Shown: one piece after another, positions 9,208-18,636 of the stretch
How positions within the stretch are numbered: position 1 is the stretch's first letter
Layout of the letters: the number at the start of each line of letters is the position of its first letter
Assembly (NCBI GenBank): GCA_964590255.1
Contig: CAZPYA010000003.1
Coordinates: forward strand, 14,094 to 78,093
DNA from: an uncultured bacterium
GTDB taxonomy: Bacteria; Armatimonadota; Hebobacteria; CAIYQO01
Direction: 5' to 3'
DNA: 64,000 nucleotides
The notes under the pieces: generated by a model
What the model saw: only the letters and a program-made list of their open reading frames with translations
Database searches by the model: none
Told to the model about the DNA's origin: nothing
Made by a program: the position numbers and the translations under genes

Positions 9208-12200
9208 TTATTTCGCGAATTCCGCGGGCATCATCAGTGGCCCGGCCGGCAGTTTGCGCGCTCGCGCGGATTCGTCAATCTCGTGGAAGCGGAGCAGGTT
9301 GCCACCGGCGATGACGCGCTGGGTGATGGCGCCTCTGGCATCCAGGGTGACGAGGGCGAGTTGGGCGTCGCTGTCCAACGGGCCGGCCTGGGCGCGGGCG
9401 CCGGTGGCGTTGAGCATCACCCAGGTGGTCGCGCGGTCCATTTCGCTGATCACTTTGAGCACGGTCAGGTGGTCGTCGTCGCGCACCACCTCGATGCGCG
9501 GCGGCTCTTTGCCGTCCGGCGGGGCGAGCAGCGCGGAGGGTTTCAGCGTCGGCGCGTGGGGCAGTAAAACTGAGGTGAAGGTCACTTCCTGCCCCTGGCG
9601 CGCCATGCCCGACCACGTCTGCCGCAGTTGGATGGGTGAGCCGCGGAAGGGATTTTCCGCATAGCGGTCGGTGACGGTGTGCGCGCGGCCGGCGCGAGGC
9701 GAGAAGTAGACCAGCAGGTCCCAGGCCGGGTTGCGAATGGCCTGCCCCTCGCGGCCCAGGCCCATGGCGGTGTAGTAGAGCCGGTCGTAGTAGCTGTTGA
9801 ACCAGTTGGCGCCGCACTCCGGCCCGAGAATGCGGGTGTTGTAGCATGGGCCCAGCCGCACCTTCATGGTGGCGTCGAAGCGCGCTCGGTCTTTCACCAC
9901 CAGGAAGCCGTTTTTCACGAAGAGCAGGTCGCGGGTGTAGGTGACCGGCAGGTGCTGGTAACCGGGGGTGCTCACGCGCGCGAAGGTGAAAGCTGGATCA
10001 TCCACGTAGAGCGGCACGGTGGTCGCCAGCGGACTGAGGCTGGCGGGCACGCCGTCCAGGTCCTCGATCCAGAGGATATTCTGCAGGTCCGGCGTGTTGT
10101 CAAAATAGCCCTGCCCCGCCAGCAGCGCGGCGTCCTGCTGCATGAGCGCGTGGATATTTCCCGGCAGTTCGCCGCCGTGGCCGGCCAACGGCAGCAGTTC
10201 CACCAGCGCCCACAGGCTCTGCGCGTCGTTGCCGCTGCTCATGATTACTTTATCCGGTATCCAGCGCGAGCCGTCCATGGAATCGATCCAGAAGCCGCCG
10301 TGCGCCTTTTGCTCGGGCGTGGTCGGCACGTTCGGGTGCCGCCAGGTGACGCGGCTGCCCGCCGGCGGCGCTTTGGGCGTCACCGTGTCGTCGGCCAGTA
10401 GGTAGGCCACGGCGAAGTTATTGCGCGCCGCGTTATAGGAGATATGGTACTGCAGGAAGCGCGCATCCAGGTGATTCGTGTAATACTCCGCGATGCGGTG
10501 GCTGCTCCAGCGGAAGCGGCCGTCGCGCGTCACCCGCGAGAGCAGCTCATACGCCCACATGCCCATGCCCACCTCGTGCCAGCCGTTGCCGGAGGCGAAG
10601 GGCGGGCAGGCGCCGCCCGGCGCCACCATCTCCACGTAACGGGCCAGCGTCTTCGTGAATCCCCGGTTCTTGCGGAACGCCTCCCAATCGCCGCTGTGGA
10701 AATAATAGGCGATGGCGGCGTCGAAGAAGACCCAGTGATAGTTGGCGGAGGCGTCGTCCGCATCGCCCACTTCGCCGATGAGCGGGTCGTGGTAGTTGAT
10801 GTAAGCGATCACGCGCGGATCGACGGGCTTGCCGTCCTGCTCCGCCACGTCGCGGGCGATCTTCAGGCCGATGTAGCGCTGCCAGACGCGGTTATGCGTG
10901 CCAGACTCGCCGAAGAAATCCGCTGGCGGGTTGGCCGCCAGCCGGTGCATAAATGCCCGGTAGCGCTTCTCTGCGTCTTTCGGCGCCAGCGGGCTGGCGG
11001 GATCGTCCTTCCAGGTGAGGTAGCGATACAGGGTCAGGCCGGTCAGCCGCGTCCACAGCAGGGCGTTTTCGCCATTGCCTTGCGGGTAGACGTCCAGATA
11101 CATATCCATCACGTCACGCGCCAGTTGCGCGTATGCGGCGTCGCCGGTGGCGCGGTGCAGCGCCAGGCACTGCAGCGCGGTCCAGCAGGCCCAGCCGTTT
11201 TTCGTGCGGATGGCCGTGTTCGCGTCGGCTTTCAGCGTCGGCTCGATGTGCCGGCGGATGAAAGGGAGATAATCGTCTTTGCCACGCACGAAGCCGTGGC
11301 GATAGAAGCCGTCGCGATGGTCCTGCACCGCGTTGTGCAGCAGGCGGTCGGGCTCCATGTGGTTGATCTGGCCTGGCAGCGCGGGCACCACCGTCGCCGC
11401 GGTGGTCGGCGCCACCACCCGCAGCGGCATCCGGGTTACCACCCGGTTACCAGCGAGCGCCTCGATGACGTAGACGCCGGGAGTTTTCACGGCATCGGCC
11501 GCAATATCCCACATCTCGATGGCGGTCATGCCTTTGGGTATCGCCACCGCCAGCGTCTTCTTCGCCACCACGCCACCCCGCGCGTTGCGCACGCGCAGGC
11601 CGGTCAGCGTGGCCGGCGCCCTGCACGCCTCTATGTCGGCGCGCACCGACCAGGCCATCCCCACAGGCAGCGCGTCATGCGACACCGTCAGCGTGCCGAG
11701 GAGATCGTCCCGATCCGTCAGCCGGAAGAGCGCCTGCTGCTTAGGATCGTTGGAGAAGCCCCATCCGAGCTGATTCAGCCCGCGGCCGGGATCGATGTCC
11801 GCGGCCAGCAAGCCCAGGCGCAGCGGTTCGCCCGCCCGAGCCTGGAAGCCCAGGTCGCTCCACGGGATAGCCACTTCGATATCATAACCCTCCGGGGTGT
11901 CCCGCACCTGCCAGCGCGTGTGCGCCGTCAGCTTCCAGTAGCCGTCGCGCGCGTCGAGGATATTGCGGTCATTCGGCAGCAGCGCGCCACGGGCGCCGGG
12001 AGCCATCGGCGCATAGCGCAGGCCGATGAACGGCGCCGTATGATACGGGGAATTCGGTGTCATCGGCTCGCGAAAGGAGGCGAGGTGCAGCATGAGACTG
12101 TCGCAGAACCACGGCGCCGGCCCCTGATTGCCCGCGCTGTCCGGCCGGGCGCCGAGCAAGTGGTCGTCTACCATCCGGGCGGCGATATAGAGGTGCGTTT

Positions 12201-12465
12201 CATCCCAGGCCAGCGCCACGCGGCCGCTCAGATCGGCGTCGTCGCGTATCGGCGCCATGCCGGACATCGGCGTCACCAGCGGATCCTTGCTGAAGGCGCT
12301 GAGGACAATGGGCGTCCGTGCCAGGTCCCACTCGCCCAGCGCGCCGTCGATGATGATCGGCGAGGCCGGTTTCATCAGCAGATACTCCGGCGGGGTGGGC
12401 GCCAGGGTCGCCGCCAGCCCGGCGGTCATCGCACACAGCAGAAGCCCAAGCATTGTCGCGCGCAT
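9208..12465 (-). CDS. Large secreted carbohydrate-active protein: CBM9-like sugar-binding domain plus heparinase II/III- or oligo-alginate-lyase-like helical and beta-sandwich region
   Basis: GGAGGA RBS, ATG 12465, signal peptide MRATMLGLLLCAMTAGLA. CBM9-like IDGALGEW, LAWDETHLYIAARMVDD and GYDIEVAIPW. Later THNRVW, ANYHW and GHGG motifs followed by a beta-rich tail. The lyase call is tentative. Confidence 0.6.
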   Translation of the reverse strand: MRATMLGLLLCAMTAGLAATLAPTPPEYLLMKPASPIIIDGALGEWDLARTPIVLSAFSKDPLVTPMSGMAPIRDDADLSGRVALAWDETHLYIAARMVDDHLLGARPDSAGNQGPAPWFCDSLMLHLASFREPMTPNSPYHTAPFIGLRYAPMAPGARGALLPNDRNILDARDGYWKLTAHTRWQVRDTPEGYDIEVAIPWSDLGFQARAGEPLRLGLLAADIDPGRGLNQLGWGFSNDPKQQALFRLTDRDDLLGTLTVSHDALPVGMAWSVRADIEACRAPATLTGLRVRNARGGVVAKKTLAVAIPKGMTAIEMWDIAADAVKTPGVYVIEALAGNRVVTRMPLRVVAPTTAATVVPALPGQINHMEPDRLLHNAVQDHRDGFYRHGFVRGKDDYLPFIRRHIEPTLKADANTAIRTKNGWACWTALQCLALHRATGDAAYAQLARDVMDMYLDVYPQGNGENALLWTRLTGLTLYRYLTWKDDPASPLAPKDAEKRYRAFMHRLAANPPADFFGESGTHNRVWQRYIGLKIARDVAEQDGKPVDPRVIAYINYHDPLIGEVGDADDASANYHWVFFDAAIAYYFHSGDWEAFRKNRGFTKTLARYVEMVAPGGACPPFASGNGWHEVGMGMWAYELLSRVTRDGRFRWSSHRIAEYYTNHLDARFLQYHISYNAARNNFAVAYLLADDTVTPKAPPAGSRVTWRHPNVPTTPEQKAHGGFWIDSMDGSRWIPDKVIMSSGNDAQSLWALVELLPLAGHGGELPGNIHALMQQDAALLAGQGYFDNTPDLQNILWIEDLDGVPASLSPLATTVPLYVDDPAFTFARVSTPGYQHLPVTYTRDLLFVKNGFLVVKDRARFDATMKVRLGPCYNTRILGPECGANWFNSYYDRLYYTAMGLGREGQAIRNPAWDLLVYFSPRAGRAHTVTDRYAENPFRGSPIQLRQTWSGMARQGQEVTFTSVLLPHAPTLKPSALLAPPDGKEPPRIEVVRDDDHLTVLKVISEMDRATTWVMLNATGARAQAGPLDSDAQLALVTLDARGAITQRVIAGGNLLRFHEIDESARARKLPAGPLMMPAEFAK

Positions 12466-12563
12466 CAGGAATCCTCCGTCCCCCCTACTATTCGCGCGGG
12501 CAAGGGTATCTCCTTGTATCATCACGACGCTCCCTCAACCGGGGAAGGGTTACCCACCCATTG

Positions 12564-14096
12564 TCAGCTCATCCCCTTCTCGGCCATTTCCAGCGCCTTC
12601 AACAGCGCACGCGCCTTGTTTAACGTCTCCTGGTACTCGCTCTCCGGGTCGGAATCAGCGACGATGCCGGCGCCGGCTTGCACGTAGGCGGTGCCGTCGG
12701 CGACCACCACGGTGCGGATGGTGATAGCGGTATCCATGTTGCCGTCGAAGCTGAAGTAGCCGATGGCGCCGCCGTAGGGGCCGCGCCGGGTGGTTTCCAA
12801 TTCGTCGATGATCTGCATGGCGCGCACCTTCGGGGCGCCGCTGAGGGTGCCGGCGGGGAAGCAGGCGCGCAGCACGTCAAAGCCGTCCAGTTCGGGGCGC
12901 AGGCGCCCGCGCACGTTGCTGACGATGTGCATCACGTGCGAGTAGTGCTCGATAACCATCAACTCGTCCACCTGCACGCTGCCGAAGTCGCACACGCGCC
13001 CCAGGTCGTTGCGCCCCAGATCCACCAGCATGATGTGCTCGGCGCGCTCCTTGGCGTCCGCCAACAGGTCGGCGGCCAGCGCCGCGTCCTCGGCGGGCGT
13101 GGCGCCGCGCTTGCGCGTGCCGGCGATGGGCCGGGTGATCACCGTGCCGTCCATGGCGCTCACCAGCCGCTCGGGCGACGAGCCGATGATCTTCAGGTCA
13201 CCGAAGGAGAGATAATACATGTATGGCGAGGGATTGAGGTAGCGCAGCGCTCGGTAGATGTTGAACGGTTGCTCGCACAGCGCGGGGGAGAGGGCGCGCT
13301 GCAGCCGCTGAGACAGCACCACCTGGATGATGTCGCCGTCGGTGATATACTCCTTTGCGCGTTCGACATTCGCCAGGAACTGGTCATGGCTGATGTTTGA
13401 CTCGACCGCGCCCGCTTCCGCTGGCCCGGCGGGGATGAGTCCCAGCGGGCGCGATTCCGGCGCCTGCAGTTGCGCGATGAGGTCGTCGATTTTCGTCAGC
13501 GCGCGGTCATATTCCGCGTCCGGGTTATCTTGCACGTGGGTGTTATGCACCACCAGGATACGGTGGCGCACGTGGTCGAAGATGACGCACGGCTCGGTGA
13601 AGACGAAGCAGCAGTCGGGCAGATGCAGGTCGTCGGCGGGGGCGTCCGGCAGGTGCTCGAAGAAGCGCACCGTGTCGTAGCTCATATACCCCACCGCGCC
13701 GCCGTGGAATTTCGGCAGGCCGGTCACCGGCGCCAGGCGGTAGTCGCCCATCAATCCCTTAATCACGTGCAGCGGGTCCTCGCCATCGGCCAGCGCACGG
13801 GTCTCCGCCACGCCGCCGCGCTCCATGGTCACGGCCCCGTCCTGGCTGCGCAGCACGATAGAGGGCGCGCCGCCCAGAAAGCTGTAGCGGCCCACGCGTT
13901 CGCCGCCTTCCACGCTCTCCAGCATATAGCAGAAACAGCCGTCGTCCAGTTTATGGAAGGCGCTCACCGGCGTGTGCAAGTCGCCGAGGATCTCCCGATA
14001 CACGGGAATCAGGTTATATCTGTCGGCAAGCCGGCGAAACTCCTCGCGCGACAGCGACGGACGGCTCTGCGTTATGGCGTTGGTGCTCTCGGACAT
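12564..14096 (-). CDS. trpE: Anthranilate synthase component I
   Basis: LESVEGGERVGRYSF, GDIIQVVLSQR, NPSPYM (Trp feedback site), GSSPE, PIAGTR, KERAEHIMLVDLGRND, FPAGTLSGAPKVRAM, QAGAGIV. The upstream Trp-codon leader supports trpE over pabB. Confidence 0.95.
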   Translation of the reverse strand: MSESTNAITQSRPSLSREEFRRLADRYNLIPVYREILGDLHTPVSAFHKLDDGCFCYMLESVEGGERVGRYSFLGGAPSIVLRSQDGAVTMERGGVAETRALADGEDPLHVIKGLMGDYRLAPVTGLPKFHGGAVGYMSYDTVRFFEHLPDAPADDLHLPDCCFVFTEPCVIFDHVRHRILVVHNTHVQDNPDAEYDRALTKIDDLIAQLQAPESRPLGLIPAGPAEAGAVESNISHDQFLANVERAKEYITDGDIIQVVLSQRLQRALSPALCEQPFNIYRALRYLNPSPYMYYLSFGDLKIIGSSPERLVSAMDGTVITRPIAGTRKRGATPAEDAALAADLLADAKERAEHIMLVDLGRNDLGRVCDFGSVQVDELMVIEHYSHVMHIVSNVRGRLRPELDGFDVLRACFPAGTLSGAPKVRAMQIIDELETTRRGPYGGAIGYFSFDGNMDTAITIRTVVVADGTAYVQAGAGIVADSDPESEYQETLNKARALLKALEMAEKGMS

Positions 14097-14170
14097 CGGA
14101 ATCTCCTTATCAGGGTCAGCTCATCATACCCCGGAACGGCAAAAGGGTATTGCAGAATGTTATTTTGAGG

Positions 14171-14252
14171 AAATGGGAACAGTAACGCATTTTTCGATGC
14201 TGCTCGTAGTCACCGGGTATCGAAAAGCAAAAATTCGTTGCTGTACCCATTT
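14171..14252. repeat. REPIN-like doublet, AAATGG..AAC family 1
   Basis: AAATGGGAACAGTAACGCATTTT ... AAATTCGTTGCTGTACCCATTT; homologous copies at 47997, 55401, 57433 and 57565. Confidence 0.85.
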
Positions 14253-14265
14253 CCCCCGACCAACC

Positions 14266-14306
14266 AAAACACCCGTCCCCGCCTGCACGCAGGCGGGGAC
14301 GGGTGT
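14266..14306 (-). terminator. Intrinsic terminator of the trpE attenuator
   Basis: Minus-strand ACACCCGTCCCCGCCTGC-GT-GCAGGCGGGGACGGGTGT followed by TTTGGTT, 40 nt after the leader stop codon. Confidence 0.85.
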
Positions 14307-14345
14307 GGATGAACCGCGATAATAGCGGATCGGCCTTCACGGTGC

Positions 14346-14432
14346 CTACGAGGGAGGGGACGTCTCGGACCGCCAGCACCAGGTGCTGGTGTCCTGCTCG
14401 ACCGTGTTCCATCGTACTATAGAAATGATCAT
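14346..14432 (-). CDS. trpL: trp operon leader peptide MIISIVRWNTVEQDTSTWCWRSETSPPS (28 aa, 3 Trp)
   Basis: Translated by hand. ATG 14432, TAG 14346-14348, TGG codons at positions 8, 18 and 20 (W-C-W-R-S). Located between a sigma70-like promoter and a terminator upstream of trpE. Confidence 0.75.
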   Translation of the reverse strand: MIISIVRWNTVEQDTSTWCWRSETSPPS

Positions 14433-14466
14433 CGCACCGTGACTCGGTAGTGCAAAGGGTGACACC

Positions 14467-14495
14467 ATTGTCTCACAAGGGTGCCAGGCTGTCAA
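14467..14495 (-). promoter_or_regulatory. Sigma70-type promoter for trpL-trpE
   Basis: TTGACA (14495-14490), 17-nt spacer, GACAAT (14472-14467). Confidence 0.7.
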
Positions 14496-14837
14496 TAGGC
14501 CCTTAGAGGTGCGCTCACTTCGCTCCGCCTCGGGGAGGGAAAGAGGCGCAGCGTGATCCAGCTATTATTTTCCATATCATGTGCCGATTTACCAGGTGAC
14601 TTCCGTATTTCCTGGTGAGAATTCCTGGCGACGAAGGGGGTGCCGACTAGCGAAACAGTGGTCGACAACACTGCAGTCGGGAGCGCATGCACCCGCACAC
14701 CGGAGCGATAATGCGACGATACGCGCCGCGGGGGGCGCGGACAACCGATTGACGAAACCCCTCACCACTTCATGACTTGACGGAACCCGGCCACATCTTC
14801 ACAATACACACAGGACGTCTTACCGGCGAGGATCACC

Positions 14838-17468
14838 ATGTTGAACTGGCTGCTGCGCATCGTCGTATTGTCGCTGCTCTGGCTGCGCTACCGCATCACC
14901 ATCCGCGGGCTGCGCGAGATCACGGCGCGCGGGAACACGGGCATCCTCTTTCTGCCCACGCATCCGGCGCTCATCGACCCGATCATGCTCACTGCCACGC
15001 TGATGCGGGATTTCCAGGCGCGGCCCTTCGCTGACCAGGACGCGGTGAATCTGCCGGGGGTGCGCTGGCTGGCCAGCCGGGTGCGGGCGCTAACCATCCC
15101 CACCATCGCCAACTACGGCCAGGCGGCGATGGCGCGCATCGCGGCGACGGTGCAGGAGAGCATCACCGCGCTCAACGCCGGCGACAGCATCATCCTCTAT
15201 CCCGCCGGGGCGCTGCTGCGCAGCCGCTATGAGGCGGTGGGCGGCAACAGCGCGGTGGAGACCATCCTGCGCGCGCTGCCCGACGTGCGCGTGGTGCTGG
15301 TGCGTACCCGCGGCCTGTGGGGCAGCAGTTTCGGCCAGGTGAGCGGCAAGGAGGCCAACGCCGGCGCCGTGCTGCAGCGCGCCATCCCGCAAATCCTCTC
15401 TAACCTGTTATTCTTCACCCCGCGCCGTAACGTCGATATTTACTTCGAGGAACCGGCGGATTTCCCCCGCGAGGCCGACCGCGCGACCATCAACGCTTAC
15501 CTGGAGCGCTTCTACAACGTCGAGGCCCCGCCGGCGCTATACGTGCCCTACACGATGTGGGAGCGCGGCGGCCGGCGCGAGCTGCCCGACCCGGAGTGGG
15601 GCGGCCTGCCCGGCAACGTGGAGGACGTGCCCGCCGGTACCCGCGATATCGTGCTGGCGCGCCTGCGCGAGATGACCGGTCGCGTGACCATTGCCGACAC
15701 CGACCGGCTGGAAACCGACCTGAGCATGGACAGCTTGGCCCGCGCCGAGCTGCTGGCGTGGCTGGAGGCGGAATTCGGCTTCCCGCAAGGCAACGCCGAC
15801 TCGCTGCAGACGGTAGCTGACGTGCTGCTGGCGGCGCTGGGCGAAGGCGTGGCCCGAGCCAATGTGACACTGAAACCCGTGCCCGAGGCGTGGTTCGCCC
15901 CCGACACCGACGCCGTGGTGACTGTGGCGCCGGGCGACACTATCGCCGCCGCCTTCCTCAACATGGCCCGCCGCGAACCCAATCGCGTCATCGCCGCCGA
16001 CCAGAACAGCGGCGCGCGCAGCTACCGCGAGCTGGTGATGGGCGTACTGGCGCTACTGCCGGCGGTAAAGGCGCTGCCGGGCGAGCACCTGGGCATCATG
16101 CTGCCAGCCTCGATGGGGGCGATGCTGGCCTACCTGACCACCGTCTTCGCCGGACGCACGCCGGTGATGATCAACTGGACGGTGGGTCGCCGCAACCTGC
16201 TGCACGCGCTGGAACTCACCGGCACCCGGCGCATCCTCACCGCGAAGGCGCTGGTGGCGAAGCTGGAGAAGGCCGGGCTGGACCTGGAGGGGATCAAGGA
16301 ACGCTTCGTCTATCTGGAAGACCTGGCCGCCGGACTGACGAAGGGACAAAAGCTGCGCGCGCTGCTGGGCAGCTACCTCAACTGGGGGGCACTCACGTCC
16401 GCGCGCATCGCTCCCACCGCGGCCGTCCTTTTCACCAGCGGCTCAGAGAGCCTGCCCAAAGCGGTGCCGCTGTCGCACGCCAACATCCTCGCCAACCTGC
16501 GCGACACGCTGCCAATGATCAAGTTGCGTCGCGCTGACCGCATGCTGGCGATGCTGCCGCCCTTCCACTCCTTCGGCCTCTCCGGCAACCTGGCCGCGCC
16601 GCTGGTGGCGGGGCTGCGCGCCGTCTATCATGCCAATCCCACGGAAGGCGGCGTGCTGGGCAAGCTCACCGCGGCCTATCGTGCCACGCTTATCCTCGGC
16701 ACCCCCACCTTCCTGAACGGCGTATTGCGCGCGGCGCCGGCGGCGCACCTGGCCACGGTGCGGCTGGCGGTGACCGGGGCGGAAGAATGCCCGCGCCGCG
16801 TGTATGAGCTGTTCGGCGCGCACTGTCCCAAGGCGACGATCATTGAGGGATACGGCATTACCGAGTGCTCGCCTATCGTCGCCGTCAACGACCCCGACGC
16901 CCCCCGCCCGCACGCCATCGGCAAGCTGCTGCCCTCGCTGGAATTCGCCGTGCTCGACCCGGCCACCGAGACACCGGTGTCGCCCGGCGCCGCGGGCATG
17001 CTGCTGGTGCGCGGCCCGTCCATCTTCGGTGGCTACCTGGGCGACGCCCCCAGCCCCTTTGTCGACTACGACGGCAAAAGCTGGTATCGCACCGGCGACC
17101 TGGTGCGACTGGGCGACGACGGCGTCTTCACCTTCGCCGGGCGGCTGAAGCGCTTCATCAAACTCGGCGGCGAAATGATCTCGCTGCCCGCCATCGAGTC
17201 CGCGCTCCTCGAACGGCTGGGCTCCGCCGAGGACGACGGCCCCATCCTCGCCGTAGGCGCCACCGCCGACGAACGCCCGGAACTGGTGCTCTTCACCGTG
17301 AAGCCCGTCGACCGCGAGGGCGCCAACGCCATCCTCCGCGACGCCGGCCTCTCCGCCCTGCACAATCTCCGCCGCGTCGAACCCGTGGACGCCATCCCCG
17401 TCCTCGGCACCGGCAAGACCGACTACCGGGCCCTGCAGGGATTGCTGATGAATGAGGCGAAGACGTAA
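14838..17468 (+). CDS. Aas-like multidomain protein: PlsC-type acyltransferase, carrier-protein-like domain and AMP-dependent acyl ligase
   Basis: HPALID (HX4D), LYPAG, SMDSLARAEL (phosphopantetheine-site-like DSL), FTSGSESLPKAV, EGYGITE, WYRTGD, GRLKRFIKLGGEMISL, GKTDY. Confidence 0.85.
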   Translation: MLNWLLRIVVLSLLWLRYRITIRGLREITARGNTGILFLPTHPALIDPIMLTATLMRDFQARPFADQDAVNLPGVRWLASRVRALTIPTIANYGQAAMARIAATVQESITALNAGDSIILYPAGALLRSRYEAVGGNSAVETILRALPDVRVVLVRTRGLWGSSFGQVSGKEANAGAVLQRAIPQILSNLLFFTPRRNVDIYFEEPADFPREADRATINAYLERFYNVEAPPALYVPYTMWERGGRRELPDPEWGGLPGNVEDVPAGTRDIVLARLREMTGRVTIADTDRLETDLSMDSLARAELLAWLEAEFGFPQGNADSLQTVADVLLAALGEGVARANVTLKPVPEAWFAPDTDAVVTVAPGDTIAAAFLNMARREPNRVIAADQNSGARSYRELVMGVLALLPAVKALPGEHLGIMLPASMGAMLAYLTTVFAGRTPVMINWTVGRRNLLHALELTGTRRILTAKALVAKLEKAGLDLEGIKERFVYLEDLAAGLTKGQKLRALLGSYLNWGALTSARIAPTAAVLFTSGSESLPKAVPLSHANILANLRDTLPMIKLRRADRMLAMLPPFHSFGLSGNLAAPLVAGLRAVYHANPTEGGVLGKLTAAYRATLILGTPTFLNGVLRAAPAAHLATVRLAVTGAEECPRRVYELFGAHCPKATIIEGYGITECSPIVAVNDPDAPRPHAIGKLLPSLEFAVLDPATETPVSPGAAGMLLVRGPSIFGGYLGDAPSPFVDYDGKSWYRTGDLVRLGDDGVFTFAGRLKRFIKLGGEMISLPAIESALLERLGSAEDDGPILAVGATADERPELVLFTVKPVDREGANAILRDAGLSALHNLRRVEPVDAIPVLGTGKTDYRALQGLLMNEAKT

Positions 17469-17483
17469 GATACTCAGTAAAGC

Positions 17484-17594
17484 GGTGACTGACTGCGCAT
17501 TACCCTTGGCGATGCTGCCCGGTGCGCAAAACGGCAAGGCAATGCATGAGGCAGACACTTTCGCATCCGCATCAGTAATGCGTTGTCTGTCACC
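17484..17594. repeat. REP doublet, GACWGACTRCGCATT family
   Basis: GGTGACTGACTGCGCATTAC (17484-17503) and GTAATGCGTTGTCTGTCACC (17575-17594), 17/20 inverted match. Related copies at 51512-51730 and 55381. Confidence 0.75.
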
Positions 17595-17643
17595 GCTTTT
17601 CCCTGCGATCAAGAGGCGCGTTCGGTGCCGGTTCTGTGGGCGG

Positions 17644-17730
17644 AAAAATGGTGACAGGAACCGTTTTCCGCTGCGCAGATAACCGGTAGCTGTGTCTGGA
17701 CATAGGAAAACGGTTGCTGGCACCATTTTT
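17644..17730. repeat. REPIN-like doublet, AAATGG..AAC family 2
   Basis: AAAAATGGTGACAGGAACCGTTTTCC ... GGAAAACGGTTGCTGGCACCATTTTT; near-identical arms at 47668-47756 and a half copy at 36181. Confidence 0.85.
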
Positions 17731-17758
17731 TGCCGGTGCTGTTGTTTAGAGGTTTATC

Positions 17759-18400
17759 ATGCGCACATCACCCACCTCCCGCCTCATCGACCGCTATCCC
17801 GCCCTCGCGCCGCTGGAGGCGGACATCTGCGCGGCGGCGGAGATGCTCATCGCGTGTTACCGGCGTGGCGGCAAGCTGCTGCTGTGCGGTAACGGCGGCA
17901 GCGCGTCGGACTGTCTGCATATCGCCGGGGAGTTGCTGAAAGGCTTTACCTCTACGCGACCGCTGGGTGATGCCGATCGCGCCGCCTTGACCGCGGCGTA
18001 TGGCGACGAGGGAACGCGGCTGGGCCTGCTGCTGCAGCAGGGGCTGCCGGCTATCGCCTTGCCCGGCGCGCTGGCGCTCACCACCGCCATGGCCAACGAC
18101 GTCGACGCCGACCTCATTTATGCGCAAGGCGTGATGGCGCTGGGGACACCCGGCGACGTGCTGGTGTGCCTCAGTACCTCCGGCACCGCGCACAACGTCC
18201 TCGCCGCCGCCCGCGTCGCCCGCTGGCGCGGCCTCTCCATCCTCGGCCTCACCGGCAAAGGCGGCGGCCCGCTGGCCCCCCTCTGCGATCTCGCCCTCAT
18301 CGCTCCCGGTGCCACCACCGCCGACATCCAGGAGTACCACCTACCCATCTACCACGCTCTGTGCGAAGCGGTCGAGGTGGCGATGTTCGGGGTGGGGTGA
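17759..18400 (+). CDS. gmhA: SIS-domain phosphosugar isomerase, sedoheptulose-7-phosphate isomerase-like
   Basis: LLLCGNGGSASD, ANDVDADLIYAQ, STSG, LTGKGGG, IQEYH. Confidence 0.8.
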   Translation: MRTSPTSRLIDRYPALAPLEADICAAAEMLIACYRRGGKLLLCGNGGSASDCLHIAGELLKGFTSTRPLGDADRAALTAAYGDEGTRLGLLLQQGLPAIALPGALALTTAMANDVDADLIYAQGVMALGTPGDVLVCLSTSGTAHNVLAAARVARWRGLSILGLTGKGGGPLAPLCDLALIAPGATTADIQEYHLPIYHALCEAVEVAMFGVG

Positions 18401-18636
18401 CACAACTCGACTTCTATTCCGGTTCCGCGTTGCTACCGTCTCCCGTGTGCGTGAGGATCGTGACTCCCGCCCGTCGGGGTGTCAGCCGTCTGCCGTCGCG
18501 GCGACGGCCCGCCCCTCCGCCTCCGGAATCGCCCGCGCACCCGACGTTAGGGCGGGCCAACACCGCCCGCGGACACCCATACACACACAAGTGGGGGGAG
18601 AGGAAGCGGCCGGGTGGCTGTTGAAGTAGGGGACGT

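Noticed and set aside
14266-14460. T-box riboswitch or 6S RNA upstream of trpE
   Set aside because: GATGA..AGTA and CGTCCC are suggestive, but there is no GGTGGNACC T-box. A Trp-codon leader ORF plus terminator explains the region better.
17759-18400. Heptose/LPS-core biosynthesis cluster around gmhA
   Set aside because: No hldE/gmhB/hldD or heptosyltransferase nearby; the neighbours are catabolic-type genes.
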